Source of the DNA: Azoarcus sp.
GTDB taxonomy: Bacteria; Pseudomonadota; Gammaproteobacteria; Burkholderiales; Rhodocyclaceae
DNA: 64,000 bases
Reading direction: 5' to 3'
Assembly (NCBI GenBank): GCA_031272995.1
Contig: JAISSY010000054.1
Location: 2,589-66,588 of the forward strand
The notes beneath the pieces were generated by a model that had not been told where the DNA came from, made no database searches, and saw nothing but the letters and a program-made list of their open reading frames with translations. The translations under genes were made by a program, and so were the position numbers. This document shows positions 8,971 through 18,213 of the stretch, piece after piece. How positions within the stretch are numbered: the first letter of the stretch is position 1; every line of letters begins with the position of its first letter.

Positions 8971-10079
8971 TTGCGGGAACGGAAGTCCGCCATGAACTTC
9001 ACCAGCGTCTCGACCGCCTCCAGCGACACGGCGTTGTAAATCGAGGCGCGGATGCCGCCGACGGATTTGTGGCCTTTGAGGCCGATGAGTCCCGCCGCTT
9101 CGGCGTCCTTGACGAAGCGGGCTTCGAGTTCGGCGTCGGGCAGGTTGAAGGGCACGTTCATGTTGGAGCGGCATGCGAGGTCGACAGCGTTGCGGTAGAA
9201 GCCGTCGCTGCCGTCGATGGCGGCGTAGAGCAGTTTGGCCTTCTTGCGGTTGATTTCGGCCATCGCCGCCGTGCCGCCTTTTTCTTTCAGGCGGCTGAAC
9301 ACCAGCCCGGCCATGTAGATGGCGAAGGTGGGCGGGGTGTTTATCATCGAGGTGTCGGCGACCAGATTGCGGTAGTCGAGCAGCGTCGGGGTCGTCGGGG
9401 CGGCGTGGCCGATGAGGTCTTCGCGCACGATGACGATGGTGACGCCCGCCGGGCCGACGTTTTTCTGCGCGCCGAAATAGATGAGTCCGTAGCGCGACAC
9501 TTGCAGCGGGCGCGACAGGATATGCGAACTCATGTCGGCGACGAGCGGCACGCCCGGCGCGAGGCGCGAGAGGCGCTCGGTGAGGCGCGTTTCGTAATCC
9601 TCGTGCGCTTCGATGCCGTGGATGGTTTCGTTGGTGCACAGATGCAGGTAGGCGGCTTTGGGGTCGAAGGCGAGGGAGTCGACTTCCGGCAGGCGGCGGA
9701 ACGCGCCACCCTCCTCCGTCGTCGCCAGCAGTCGCGCCGTGCCGTATTTCGCCGCTTCCCTGTACGCCTTTTGCGACCAGGTGCCGGTGACGATGAAATC
9801 GGCGCTGCGACCGCCGAGCAGGTTCATCGGAACCTGCGCGAATTGCAGCGTCGCGCCGCCCTGCACGAACAGGACTTTATAGTTGTTCGGAATGGCGAGC
9901 AGTTCGCGCAAATCGGCTTCCGCCTGCTCGAACACCGCCATGAACGCCTTGCCGCGATGGCTGACTTCCATGATGCTGGCGCCGATGCCGTGGAAGTCGA
10001 GGAATTCCGCCTGCGCCTGCCGCAGCACGTCCGTCGGCAGGCCGGCGGGGCCGGCGCTGAAGTTGTAGGCGCGGGTCAC
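8961..10079 (-). CDS. serC: Phosphoserine aminotransferase
   Basis: [47 protein letters not shown] start overlaps the gyrA stop. Confidence 0.96.
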   Translation of the reverse strand: MTRAYNFSAGPAGLPTDVLRQAQAEFLDFHGIGASIMEVSHRGKAFMAVFEQAEADLRELLAIPNNYKVLFVQGGATLQFAQVPMNLLGGRSADFIVTGTWSQKAYREAAKYGTARLLATTEEGGAFRRLPEVDSLAFDPKAAYLHLCTNETIHGIEAHEDYETRLTERLSRLAPGVPLVADMSSHILSRPLQVSRYGLIYFGAQKNVGPAGVTIVIVREDLIGHAAPTTPTLLDYRNLVADTSMINTPPTFAIYMAGLVFSRLKEKGGTAAMAEINRKKAKLLYAAIDGSDGFYRNAVDLACRSNMNVPFNLPDAELEARFVKDAEAAGLIGLKGHKSVGGIRASIYNAVSLEAVETLVKFMADFRSRNFR

Positions 10080-12694
10080 GATTCGCTTCCTTCCTCCGGC
10101 GCGGCGGGCGCGTCGCCCTCGTCTTCATCCGCGTCTGCGCTCGCGCTGCCTTCGGCGTCCTCCACCGATTCCTCCACCTTCTCGATGCTGGCGAGCACGG
10201 TGCCGTCGTCGAGGTTGATGAGGGTGACGCCCTGCGTCGAGCGTCCCATTTCGCGGATGCTTTCGACCGCGGTGCGGATGAGCACGCCGCCGGTGGAAAT
10301 CAGCATCACTTCGTCCTTCGGCTCGACCAGCGCCGCGCCGACCAGCGCGCCGTTGCGGTCGGAAGTCTGGATGGCAATCATGCCCTTGGTGCCGCGCCCG
10401 TGGCGGGTATATTCGGCAATCGGGGTGCGTTTGCCGTAGCCGTTTTCGGTGGCGGTGAGCACCGAATACTTTTCGTCGCGCGCCACCAGCATGGCGATGA
10501 CCTTCTGCCCGTCTTCGAGCGACATGCCGCGCACGCCGCGCGCGTCGCGGCCCATCGGGCGCACGTCGGTTTCGGCGAAACGCACCGCCTTGCCGGCGTC
10601 GGAGAAGAGCATCACGTCGCTGTCGCCGTCAGTAATCGCCACGCCGATGAGGTGGTCGCCGTCGTCGAGGTGGGCCGCGATGATGCCGGCCTTGCGCGGA
10701 TTGGCGAAGGCGGAGAGCGTCGTCTTCTTCACCGTGCCGTGCGCCGTGGCCATGAAGACGAAATGCTCCTCGTCGTAGGTCTTGACCGGCAGCACGGCGG
10801 TGATTTTCTCGCCCTCGATGAGCGGGAACAGGTTGACGATGGGCTTGCCGCGCGAGTTGCGCGCCCCTTCGGGCACTTCATAGACGCGCAGCCAGTAGCA
10901 GCGGCCACGACTGGAGAAACAGAGCACGGTGTCGTGGGTGTTGGCGATGAACAGGCGGTCGATGAAATCCTCGTCCTTCATCGCCGTCGCCTGCTTGCCG
11001 CGTCCGCCGCGCCGCTGCGCGCGGTAGTCGGCGAGCGGCTGGCGCTTGAAGTAACCGGCGTGCGAGAGCGTCACCACCATGTCTTCGGGGGCGATGAGGT
11101 CTTCGAGATTGATTTCGGCGGTGTTGAGCACGACTTCGGAGCGGCGCGGGTCGCCGTACTGGTTTTTGACCGCTTTCAGTTCGTCGCCGATGATGACGGT
11201 GATGCGTTCGGGGCGGGCGAGGATGTCGAGCAAATCGGCGATGAGGTCGATGACTTCGCGGTACTCAGAAACGATTTTGTCCTGCTCCAGCCCGGTGAGC
11301 CGTTGCAGCCGCAGTTCGAGTATCGCCTGCGCCTGCGCGTCGGAGAGCCGGTAGCCCTGCGCCGAAAGGCCGAATTCGGCGGGCAAATCCTGCGGACGGT
11401 AGCTGTCGGCCATGGCGCGCGAGAGCATTTCCTCCACCAGCGACGAGCGCCAGATGCGCGCCATCAATGCGCGCTTGGCTTCCGGCGGCGTCGGCGCAGC
11501 CTTGATGAGCGCGATGATTTCGTCGACGTTGGAGAGCGCCACCGCCAGACCTTCCAGCACGTGACCACGGTCGCGCGCCTTCCGCAACTCGAAAATGGTG
11601 CGGCGGGTGACGACTTCGCGCCGGTGTTCGAGGAAGCACACCAGCATTTCCTTCAGGTTCAGCAGCTTCGGCATGCCGTCGACCAGCGCCACCATGTTCA
11701 TGCCGAAGGTGTCCTGCAACTGCGTGTGCTTGTAGAGGTTGTTGAGCACCACTTCCGGCATTTCGCCGCGCTTGAGTTCGATGACCAGCCGCATCCCGGA
11801 CTTGTCGGATTCGTCCTGAATGTGGGAGATGCCCTCGATGCGCTTCTCGTTGACCAGTTCGGCGATTTTTTCCTGCAAGACCTTCTTGTTGACCTGATAG
11901 GGCAGTTCGTCGACGACGATGGCCTGCCGGTCGCTGTTGCCGATAGGCTCGAAGTGGGTGCGCGCCCGCATGATGACCTTGCCGCGCCCGGTGCGATAAC
12001 CCTCGTGCGCCCCGGCGATGCCGTAAATCAGCCCGGCGGTGGGGAAATCCGGCGCCTTGACGATGCCAATCAGGGTTTCGATGTCGGTGGCGGGGTCGTC
12101 CAGCAGGCGCAGGCAGGCGTCGACCACTTCGCCGAGATTGTGCGGCGGCACGTTGGTCGCCATCCCCACCGCGATGCCCGCCGAACCGTTGATGAGCAGC
12201 GATGGAATGCGCGTCGGCAGAATCAGCGGTTCCTGTTCGGAGCCGTCGTAGTTGGGGCCGAAATCCACCGTTTCCTTGTCGATGTCGGTGAGCATTTCGT
12301 GGCCGATGCGCGCCATGCGGATTTCGGTGTAACGCATCGCGGCGGGGCTGTCGCCGTCGACCGAACCGAAGTTGCCCTGCCCGTCGACCAGCATGTAGCG
12401 CAGCGAAAAATCCTGCGCCATGCGCACGATGGTGTCGTAGACGGCGGTGTCGCCATGCGGGTGGTATTTACCGATGACGTCGCCGACGATACGCGCCGAT
12501 TTCTTGTACGGTTTGTTCCAGTCGTTGGAGAGTTCGTGCATCGCAAAGAGCACGCGCCGGTGCACGGGCTTGAGTCCGTCGCGCGCATCCGGCAGCGCCC
12601 GCCCGACGATGACGCTCATCGCGTAGTCGAGGTACGCGTGGCGCATCTCCTCCTCAAGACTGATCGGCAGGGTCTCTTTGGCGAACTGTGTCAT
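10076..12694 (-). CDS. gyrA: DNA gyrase subunit A
   Basis: [15 protein letters not shown] catalytic Tyr, GyrA-box QRRGGRG. Confidence 0.98.
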   Translation of the reverse strand: MTQFAKETLPISLEEEMRHAYLDYAMSVIVGRALPDARDGLKPVHRRVLFAMHELSNDWNKPYKKSARIVGDVIGKYHPHGDTAVYDTIVRMAQDFSLRYMLVDGQGNFGSVDGDSPAAMRYTEIRMARIGHEMLTDIDKETVDFGPNYDGSEQEPLILPTRIPSLLINGSAGIAVGMATNVPPHNLGEVVDACLRLLDDPATDIETLIGIVKAPDFPTAGLIYGIAGAHEGYRTGRGKVIMRARTHFEPIGNSDRQAIVVDELPYQVNKKVLQEKIAELVNEKRIEGISHIQDESDKSGMRLVIELKRGEMPEVVLNNLYKHTQLQDTFGMNMVALVDGMPKLLNLKEMLVCFLEHRREVVTRRTIFELRKARDRGHVLEGLAVALSNVDEIIALIKAAPTPPEAKRALMARIWRSSLVEEMLSRAMADSYRPQDLPAEFGLSAQGYRLSDAQAQAILELRLQRLTGLEQDKIVSEYREVIDLIADLLDILARPERITVIIGDELKAVKNQYGDPRRSEVVLNTAEINLEDLIAPEDMVVTLSHAGYFKRQPLADYRAQRRGGRGKQATAMKDEDFIDRLFIANTHDTVLCFSSRGRCYWLRVYEVPEGARNSRGKPIVNLFPLIEGEKITAVLPVKTYDEEHFVFMATAHGTVKKTTLSAFANPRKAGIIAAHLDDGDHLIGVAITDGDSDVMLFSDAGKAVRFAETDVRPMGRDARGVRGMSLEDGQKVIAMLVARDEKYSVLTATENGYGKRTPIAEYTRHGRGTKGMIAIQTSDRNGALVGAALVEPKDEVMLISTGGVLIRTAVESIREMGRSTQGVTLINLDDGTVLASIEKVEESVEDAEGSASADADEDEGDAPAAPEEGSES

Positions 12695-12733
12695 GGGATT
12701 TTCCGGGCGAAACCCGCTGGTACGAAACGTGTG

Positions 12734-12742
12734 ATTCTACCA
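12734..12742 (-). promoter_or_regulatory. Putative extended -10 promoter for gyrA (TGGTAGAAT)
   Basis: Matches TGnTAnnnT about 40 bp upstream of the gyrA start. Confidence 0.5.
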
Positions 12743-12784
12743 CGCCGGGCCGGGTCGTCCGAAGGCTGCGTTGCGCCGGGAAAC

Positions 12785-13894
12785 TCAGGCCGCCGACGCC
12801 TCGCGCCCGGCGGCGAGCAGCCCGAAACGCTTCAACTGCGCGCGCAGAACGTTGCGCGAGATGCCCAACGACTTCGCCGCCCGCACCTGATTTTCACGCG
12901 CATGAGCGAAAGCGGCTCGCACCAGTTCTTCTTCCACCGTCTCGTAGAGACGCTCGCGCCCTTCGTCGAGCAGGCGACGAAAAACGCCCGCCAGTCGGGA
13001 GGCCGCGTCGCCCGCCTCGTCGTCGCCTCCACCCTGCGGCGCGAAAGCGCCCAGACCGTGCGGCAAGCGTAAATCGCCCACGTCGACGCGACCGTCCTGC
13101 GCCACGATCAGGGCGCGATGGATGACGTTTTCGAGTTCGCGGATGTTGCCTGGCCATTCGTACTCGAACAGCGCCGCCTGCGCCGCCGGGGTCAGCGTCG
13201 CTCCCCGCAGCCCCAGCTTGCCGCCATAGCGTTCGACGAACAGCCGCACCAGCGGCAGGATGTCGCCCGGTCGCTGTCGCAACGGCGGCAAGGTTACGGA
13301 AGCGATGTTGAGGCGGAAATAAAGATCCATGCGGAAATGTCCGGCGCGCACCGCATGAATCAAATCCACGTTGGTCGCCGCCACCATCCGCACGTCGATG
13401 GGCGTCGCCTTGCGCGCGCCGAGCCGCACCACACAACGTTCCTGTAACACGCGCAACAGTTTCACCTGCATGGAAAGCGGCAAATCGCCGATTTCGTCGA
13501 GAAATAGCGTGCCGCCATGCGCCGCCTCGAACCACCCGGCGCGCGCCTGTCCCGCGCCGGTGAATGCGCCGGCTTCGTGGCCGAACAACTCCGCCTCCAC
13601 CAGATTCTCGTTGAAAGCGCCGCAATTGACCGCCACGAACGGCCCGCTGCGCCCGCTTTTCTGGTGAATATGGCGCGCGATCAGTTCCTTGCCGGTTCCG
13701 GTTTCGCCCACCACCAACACCGAAGCGTCGCTCGCCGCCAGCCGTTCGACCTCCTCCAGCAGGCCCACCGAACGCGAGTCGCGGAACACCAACACGCGCG
13801 CCCGAATCGAGAGCGAATGCTCCTGCGGCGAGGCAAAAGTCAAAACCGTATTTTCTGGATTTCCGTGCAGTTGCCGGACGACACTCGATGCCAT
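12785..13894 (-). CDS. Sigma-54-dependent enhancer-binding protein, SfnR-like, lacking an N-terminal regulatory domain
   Basis: GETGTGKE, intact GAFTGA loop, LFLDEIG, WPGNIRELEN, C-terminal Fis-type HTH (NQVRAAKSLGISRNVLR). The short N-terminus LTF...SIRARVLVF resembles Pseudomonas SfnR as I recall it. Confidence 0.85.
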   Translation of the reverse strand: MASSVVRQLHGNPENTVLTFASPQEHSLSIRARVLVFRDSRSVGLLEEVERLAASDASVLVVGETGTGKELIARHIHQKSGRSGPFVAVNCGAFNENLVEAELFGHEAGAFTGAGQARAGWFEAAHGGTLFLDEIGDLPLSMQVKLLRVLQERCVVRLGARKATPIDVRMVAATNVDLIHAVRAGHFRMDLYFRLNIASVTLPPLRQRPGDILPLVRLFVERYGGKLGLRGATLTPAAQAALFEYEWPGNIRELENVIHRALIVAQDGRVDVGDLRLPHGLGAFAPQGGGDDEAGDAASRLAGVFRRLLDEGRERLYETVEEELVRAAFAHARENQVRAAKSLGISRNVLRAQLKRFGLLAAGREASAA

Positions 13895-13976
13895 ATTGGG
13901 TTCCGCGTTCCGTGAAGAATTTCACGCCTTCATCGACGCGAAGCATCGCCCGGCAACGCTCGCCGGCAAACAAAAA

Positions 13977-14010
13977 ATATCTGCTTTGAATCGAAGGACG
14001 GCGCAGATAT
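13977..14010. repeat. 8-bp perfect inverted repeat ATATCTGC-N18-GCAGATAT between vapC and the activator gene
   Basis: Seen directly in the sequence. Confidence 0.7.
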
Positions 14011-14026
14011 GTAAATGAAGATTTAT

Positions 14027-14425
14027 TTATTCAAGCAGGCGCACCGATTGCCCCTGCTTTTGCAGAATGGCGATGGCCTGTTTATCGAATGAGGCGAAGG
14101 TTTTGCCGCCCAGCATCGTGCCTTCGTAGGCCATAACGCCGTCAGCGAAATCGCCGCCCGCCTCCAGCACGGCAAGTCCGGCTTCCACGGCGGGACGATT
14201 CATCGTCACGCTGCGCACGGCCAACAAATCCCGAATGGTCGCCGCGACCTCCTCTTTCGACAATTTCGCGCCCTGACGGAGCACCCACACCAGTTCGCAC
14301 AGACAGGGCAGGGAAACAGCTATCAACGACGCCTCCCGAAGCAGTCTGGACGCCACCACGGCCTGCGCGGGATCGTCCTGCAACACCGCGCGCGCCAGCA
14401 CATTGGTATCGGCGGTGATCTTCAC
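14027..14425 (-). CDS. vapC: PIN-domain toxin (VapC family)
   Basis: GTG start at 14425 overlaps the antitoxin TGA. Acidic residues in ADTNV, CELVW, GDFADG and SFDK. Confidence 0.9.
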   Translation of the reverse strand: MKITADTNVLARAVLQDDPAQAVVASRLLREASLIAVSLPCLCELVWVLRQGAKLSKEEVAATIRDLLAVRSVTMNRPAVEAGLAVLEAGGDFADGVMAYEGTMLGGKTFASFDKQAIAILQKQGQSVRLLE

Positions 14426-14682
14426 GCTTCGTCCTTGCCGCCCGCCCACCCTGCGGCGGCGATTCGGTTCATTTCCTCGATCGTCAGCGGCTTTTTCAGC
14501 TTGCCCGCGTGCCGCCCGATGAAGTTCTCGATGCTGCCCGCCGGGCGCTCAGCGCGCAGGCGCAACTCGCCACCCGGCAGTTTGTCGAGTTCGATTCGCT
14601 CTCCCGGCTTGATGCCGAGGTATTGCAGCAAATCCCGTTTGAGCGTGACTTGGCCTTTCATGCTTACAGCGAGCGCGGTCAT
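14422..14682 (-). CDS. vapB: AbrB/MazE/SpoVT-family antitoxin (VapB)
   Basis: MTALAVSMKGQVTLKRDLLQYLGIKPGERIEL is the AbrB-fold signature; SD GGAG upstream. Confidence 0.88.
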   Translation of the reverse strand: MTALAVSMKGQVTLKRDLLQYLGIKPGERIELDKLPGGELRLRAERPAGSIENFIGRHAGKLKKPLTIEEMNRIAAAGWAGGKDEA

Positions 14683-14716
14683 CGCGGTCTCCAGCGGTTG
14701 GTTCCAAAACACCACC

Positions 14717-14744
14717 ATAGTAATGAAATTTTTACTTACCGCAA
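14717..14744 (-). promoter_or_regulatory. Putative sigma-70 promoter of vapBC with an imperfect palindromic operator
   Basis: TTGCGG-N16-TACTAT on the minus strand; imperfect dyad GTAATGAAAT/TTTTACTTAC across the spacer. Confidence 0.55.
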
Positions 14745-14756
14745 GCGCGAATTTCA

Positions 14757-14794
14757 CTGCTTCATTTGCAGCAATCGAGTTGCCAGCGCAGCAG
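14757..14794 (+). promoter_or_regulatory. Candidate tandem upstream activator sites (two YTGC-N7-GCAG dyads, 23 bp apart)
   Basis: CTGCTTCATTTGCAG (14757-14771) and TTGCCAGCGCAGCAG (14780-14794), 65-100 bp upstream of the -24 element. Confidence 0.45.
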
Positions 14795-14838
14795 CCGCTT
14801 GGGCGTCGCCGCCTTTTCGCACGAAACAAATTCCATTA

Positions 14839-14851
14839 ATTCAATTAGTTA
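14839..14851 (+). promoter_or_regulatory. IHF-like site
   Basis: ATTCAATTAGTTA has one mismatch to WATCAANNNNTTR and sits in an AT-rich tract just upstream of the sigma-54 promoter. Confidence 0.55.
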
Positions 14852-14856
14852 AAAAC

Positions 14857-14872
14857 TGGCACATCTCCTGCT
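14857..14872 (+). promoter_or_regulatory. Sigma-54 (-24/-12) promoter
   Basis: TGGCAC-ATCTC-CTGCT, exact GG-N10-GC spacing, about 70 bp upstream of the receptor start. Confidence 0.85.
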
Positions 14873-14943
14873 GTTGGGCGTTTCCTGAATACGCCGGGCG
14901 AAAGAATCCGGCGGCCCTTTCCCCTTCGATCATGGAGATTTCA

Positions 14944-17751
14944 ATGTTCCTCTCGCCCCCATCATCCCTGCGGATGAAGCCGTTGCGAGCCGCCATATTG
15001 GGAAGTCTGTTGCTGGTCGGCGCGCCGGTGGCTGCGCAAGACGGCGAGGTCAGCGTCGAAAGCCTGCAAAAGCAGGTCGAGGACTTGCGGAAAGCGTTGG
15101 AAGAAAGCCAGCGCGAGTTGGCAGCCGAACGGGCGCGCTCGTCCGCAGTTGCGCCCGCCGAGACGCCTCCCGCCGAAGTCCCCGCCGACCCGGCAGCCGC
15201 CGCACAGGAATCCGAATCCGCGCCCACGCCTGAGCCGGTCGCGGAGGATTCCACCGGCGAGCAGAGCCTTGAAGCAGTCGTCATCAAGCGGCGCAAGGTG
15301 CAGCCAATCGAAGAATTGAAGGAGACGCCGAAATCGGTTTCCGTCGTCACCGGAGCAGAACTGGAAAACCTCGGCGCCACCGACGTCACGCAGGTTCTGA
15401 ACCGGATCGGCAACGTCAACTTCAACTACGGCAACCCGCGCACCGGGTCGCTCACCCTGCGCGGCATCACCACCGGCTCCAACGACCAGATCGGCCCTAC
15501 GGTCGGAACCGAAATCGACGGCGTCCCCATCGCCTATACGCCGCTCTCCAACGGCTTTCCGTTCGTCGACATCGACTCGGTCGGGGTTGCGCGCGGCCCG
15601 GTCGGCACGCGTGGCGGCAGGATTTCCAACATTGGCCGGATCACGTTCAAATCCAAAAAGCCTACCTTCACGCCCGAAGCCAATATTTCCGTCACCCTCG
15701 GCGAATGGGACACCCTGAAAACGTCGGCGGTGGTGGGCGGGCCGGTGGTCGACGGACTGCTGGCGTGGCGCGGCACCATCCTGCGCGAACAGGGCGACGG
15801 CCCGTGGGAAACCCAATTCAAGGATCTCGAAGGTCGCGGCAGCTACAAGAACGTCGACCGCACTTTCGGACGCGTCCAGTTGTTGTTTACGCCAAGCGAA
15901 AATTTCAAGGCGAACCTGAGCGTCGAACATCAACCCAAGGGCAGCGAATGGGTGAACGGTCTCAGCCAGCGCCATCCCGAACCGACGACCTACCGCGACG
16001 GCACGCCACGCTCGGCGGCCTCCATCGACACCGCCTACAAGAAATATCAGCGCGACTGGTTCAACAAGGATCCGGCGCTGTGGGACACGACGCGCGACTA
16101 CTACCGCTATCCGGTCTACGTCGACAACAACGGCGCGATCATCACCAGTTCGAAGGGCTGGACGCTGAACGCCGAATTGAAAGTGCCCGGCCACACCATC
16201 GAATCCATCACCAGTTGGCGCTCGCACTGGTTCTCGGCGGCCAACGACGAAGGCACCCCCTACGACGTCACCAAGAGCGGCGGCTACATCACCAGCTACT
16301 CGCAACGCAGTCAGGAATTGCGCCTGACTTCGGACAAGGACGACAAGTTCGAATACGTCGCGGGACTTTTCTTCCTTTCCTCCGACAACGATTCCTTGGG
16401 TGGCCGCACACGTTGGGGCAACGACGCCGGCGCTTATCAGGCCAACAACGCGCAATACGCGGCGCTGAACGCCGACGGCGCCGGTCAGGCCATGCTGCGG
16501 GATTCCCTCAACGGCGCTTACAAATATCCGAGGGCATACGTTAAGAACAAGGAATTTTCGATTTTCGGCGAAACCGACTGGCACATCACCGCGCCGCTGA
16601 CGCTGACCACCGGCGCGCGCGTCTCGTGGGAGAAGCGCCGCACCGATCAGGAAAACGTGCTCGACGACCCCGGCGTCGGCGCCAACTTCTCCAAAGCCTT
16701 CGGCATCACCACCAACACTTCCACCGTGCTCGACACGACGGCGGCGGACGCGTTGGCGCAACAGTATTTCGGCTCGACCTACGCCAGTCTCTCGGCGGCG
16801 CAACAGTCGCAACTGCAACAGGCGGCGGCGGTTCGCAACGGCGCGTTGCAGCAGGGCACGCTATACGCGCGCAAGTCGGCGAAGCCGTGGGAAGGCGAGG
16901 TCTATGCCGGCAACATCGCGCTCACCGACAAGATCAACGAAAACCTGACCGTCTATGGCACGGTGCAATACGGCGAAAAAGGCGGCATCGCCCAGTTGAA
17001 CAGCGCCGGAGAGTCCGCGCCGGTCGACAAGGAACGCACCACCGGACTTGAAATCGGCTTCAGGTCGTCGTTGTTCAACGACGCCCTCACCTTGAACGCC
17101 GACGTGTTCATCAACGAGGTCAAGGATTTCCAGACCACGGTGGCCGAACTCGACCCGGCGGCGACCGCCGCCTATCAGGCCGCCAATCCTGGGCTTCCGG
17201 CCAGCGAAACCCAGCAATACCAGAGTCTGGTCGGCAACCTTCCCAAGGTGCGCATCAAGGGGGTGGAAATCGACGCCCTCTACAAGGGCGTCAAGAATCT
17301 GACCCTGCGGCTGGCGGCTTCCTACAACGACGCGCGTTACGCCGACGACACATATCTCGCGCAACCGAGCGACATCCAGTGGGGAGCGGGAACCGGGCGC
17401 AGCCAGTATTACAACGTCAAGGGCGAAACCCTGAGCAACGCGCCGAAATTCACCGCCATTCTGGGGGCAGATTACAGACGGCCCATCCTGGGCAACTGGG
17501 ACTTCCACGCCGCCGCCAACTACAAGTGGACGAGCGCCTATTACACCTCGAACGGCAGGCCCAAATACAACCGGCAGGACGCCTACGGGCTGCTCGACGT
17601 GGCCTTCGGCATAGGCCGTCGGGACGGCGCTTTCGACGCCAACATCATCATCCGCAACGCTCTCGACGAGGACTATCACGTCGAAGGCTGGAGCAGCTAC
17701 ACGCCGGCGACCCCGCGCTGGGCCGGCATCGTTTTCTCAAGCCACTTCTAA
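14944..17751 (+). CDS. TonB-dependent outer-membrane receptor (~935 aa) with an N-terminal coiled-coil extension
   Basis: SD GGAGA 5 nt before ATG 14944; signal peptide; TonB-box-like EAVVIK; plug (IDGVP...ARGPVGT); beta-barrel periodicity; C-terminal Phe (SSHF). Confidence 0.92.
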   Translation: MFLSPPSSLRMKPLRAAILGSLLLVGAPVAAQDGEVSVESLQKQVEDLRKALEESQRELAAERARSSAVAPAETPPAEVPADPAAAAQESESAPTPEPVAEDSTGEQSLEAVVIKRRKVQPIEELKETPKSVSVVTGAELENLGATDVTQVLNRIGNVNFNYGNPRTGSLTLRGITTGSNDQIGPTVGTEIDGVPIAYTPLSNGFPFVDIDSVGVARGPVGTRGGRISNIGRITFKSKKPTFTPEANISVTLGEWDTLKTSAVVGGPVVDGLLAWRGTILREQGDGPWETQFKDLEGRGSYKNVDRTFGRVQLLFTPSENFKANLSVEHQPKGSEWVNGLSQRHPEPTTYRDGTPRSAASIDTAYKKYQRDWFNKDPALWDTTRDYYRYPVYVDNNGAIITSSKGWTLNAELKVPGHTIESITSWRSHWFSAANDEGTPYDVTKSGGYITSYSQRSQELRLTSDKDDKFEYVAGLFFLSSDNDSLGGRTRWGNDAGAYQANNAQYAALNADGAGQAMLRDSLNGAYKYPRAYVKNKEFSIFGETDWHITAPLTLTTGARVSWEKRRTDQENVLDDPGVGANFSKAFGITTNTSTVLDTTAADALAQQYFGSTYASLSAAQQSQLQQAAAVRNGALQQGTLYARKSAKPWEGEVYAGNIALTDKINENLTVYGTVQYGEKGGIAQLNSAGESAPVDKERTTGLEIGFRSSLFNDALTLNADVFINEVKDFQTTVAELDPAATAAYQAANPGLPASETQQYQSLVGNLPKVRIKGVEIDALYKGVKNLTLRLAASYNDARYADDTYLAQPSDIQWGAGTGRSQYYNVKGETLSNAPKFTAILGADYRRPILGNWDFHAAANYKWTSAYYTSNGRPKYNRQDAYGLLDVAFGIGRRDGAFDANIIIRNALDEDYHVEGWSSYTPATPRWAGIVFSSHF

Positions 17752-17775
17752 CCACGAACAAACCGGAGCTTCTCC

Positions 17776-18213
17776 ATGAACGACAAGATCGTCAAACCCC
17801 TCGCCGCCCTCGTGGCCGCCGCCGCGCTGGCGAGCGCCGCGCCCGCCATCGCCCACCATGCCTTCGCCGCCGAATTCGACGCCAACCAACCCGTCGAATT
17901 GCGCGGCATCGTGACCAAGGCGCGCTGGGTCAATCCGCATAGCTGGCTGTACATCGACGTCAAGGACGCCTCCGGCGAAGTCACCAACTGGGGCTTCGAA
18001 TTCGGCGCGCCAAACACCTTGCAGAATCGCGGCCTGCAAAAAGCCGATCTGAAGGTCGGCACCGAAGTCTTCATCAAGGGCTACCGCTCCAAGAACGGCG
18101 GGCCGTTCGGCTATTCCGTCTTCATCACCCTGCCCGACGGTCGCAGCATCCAGACCGGCGGCGCGCAGGACGCGCCCAAGGACGAACCCGCCCAACCGGG
18201 AGCCGCCAGTTGA
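17776..18213 (+). CDS. DUF6152-type secreted protein
   Basis: Signal peptide ending AIA, then HHAFAAEFD...WVNPHSWLYIDV...WGFEFG; family recognised from memory of these motifs. Confidence 0.75.
   Translation: MNDKIVKPLAALVAAAALASAAPAIAHHAFAAEFDANQPVELRGIVTKARWVNPHSWLYIDVKDASGEVTNWGFEFGAPNTLQNRGLQKADLKVGTEVFIKGYRSKNGGPFGYSVFITLPDGRSIQTGGAQDAPKDEPAQPGAAS

Noticed and set aside
12420-12470. GyrA quinolone-resistance region HGDTAVYD
   Set aside because: Thr and Asp at the positions equivalent to 83 and 87 are the usual residues in many beta- and gammaproteobacteria; no evidence of an acquired mutation.
14509-14943. 145-codon N-terminal extension of the receptor in the ORF track (similar extensions on hisS, ispG, prsK, rlmN and the protease)
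   Set aside because: It overlaps vapB and the promoter; the SD and signal peptide point to ATG 14944.
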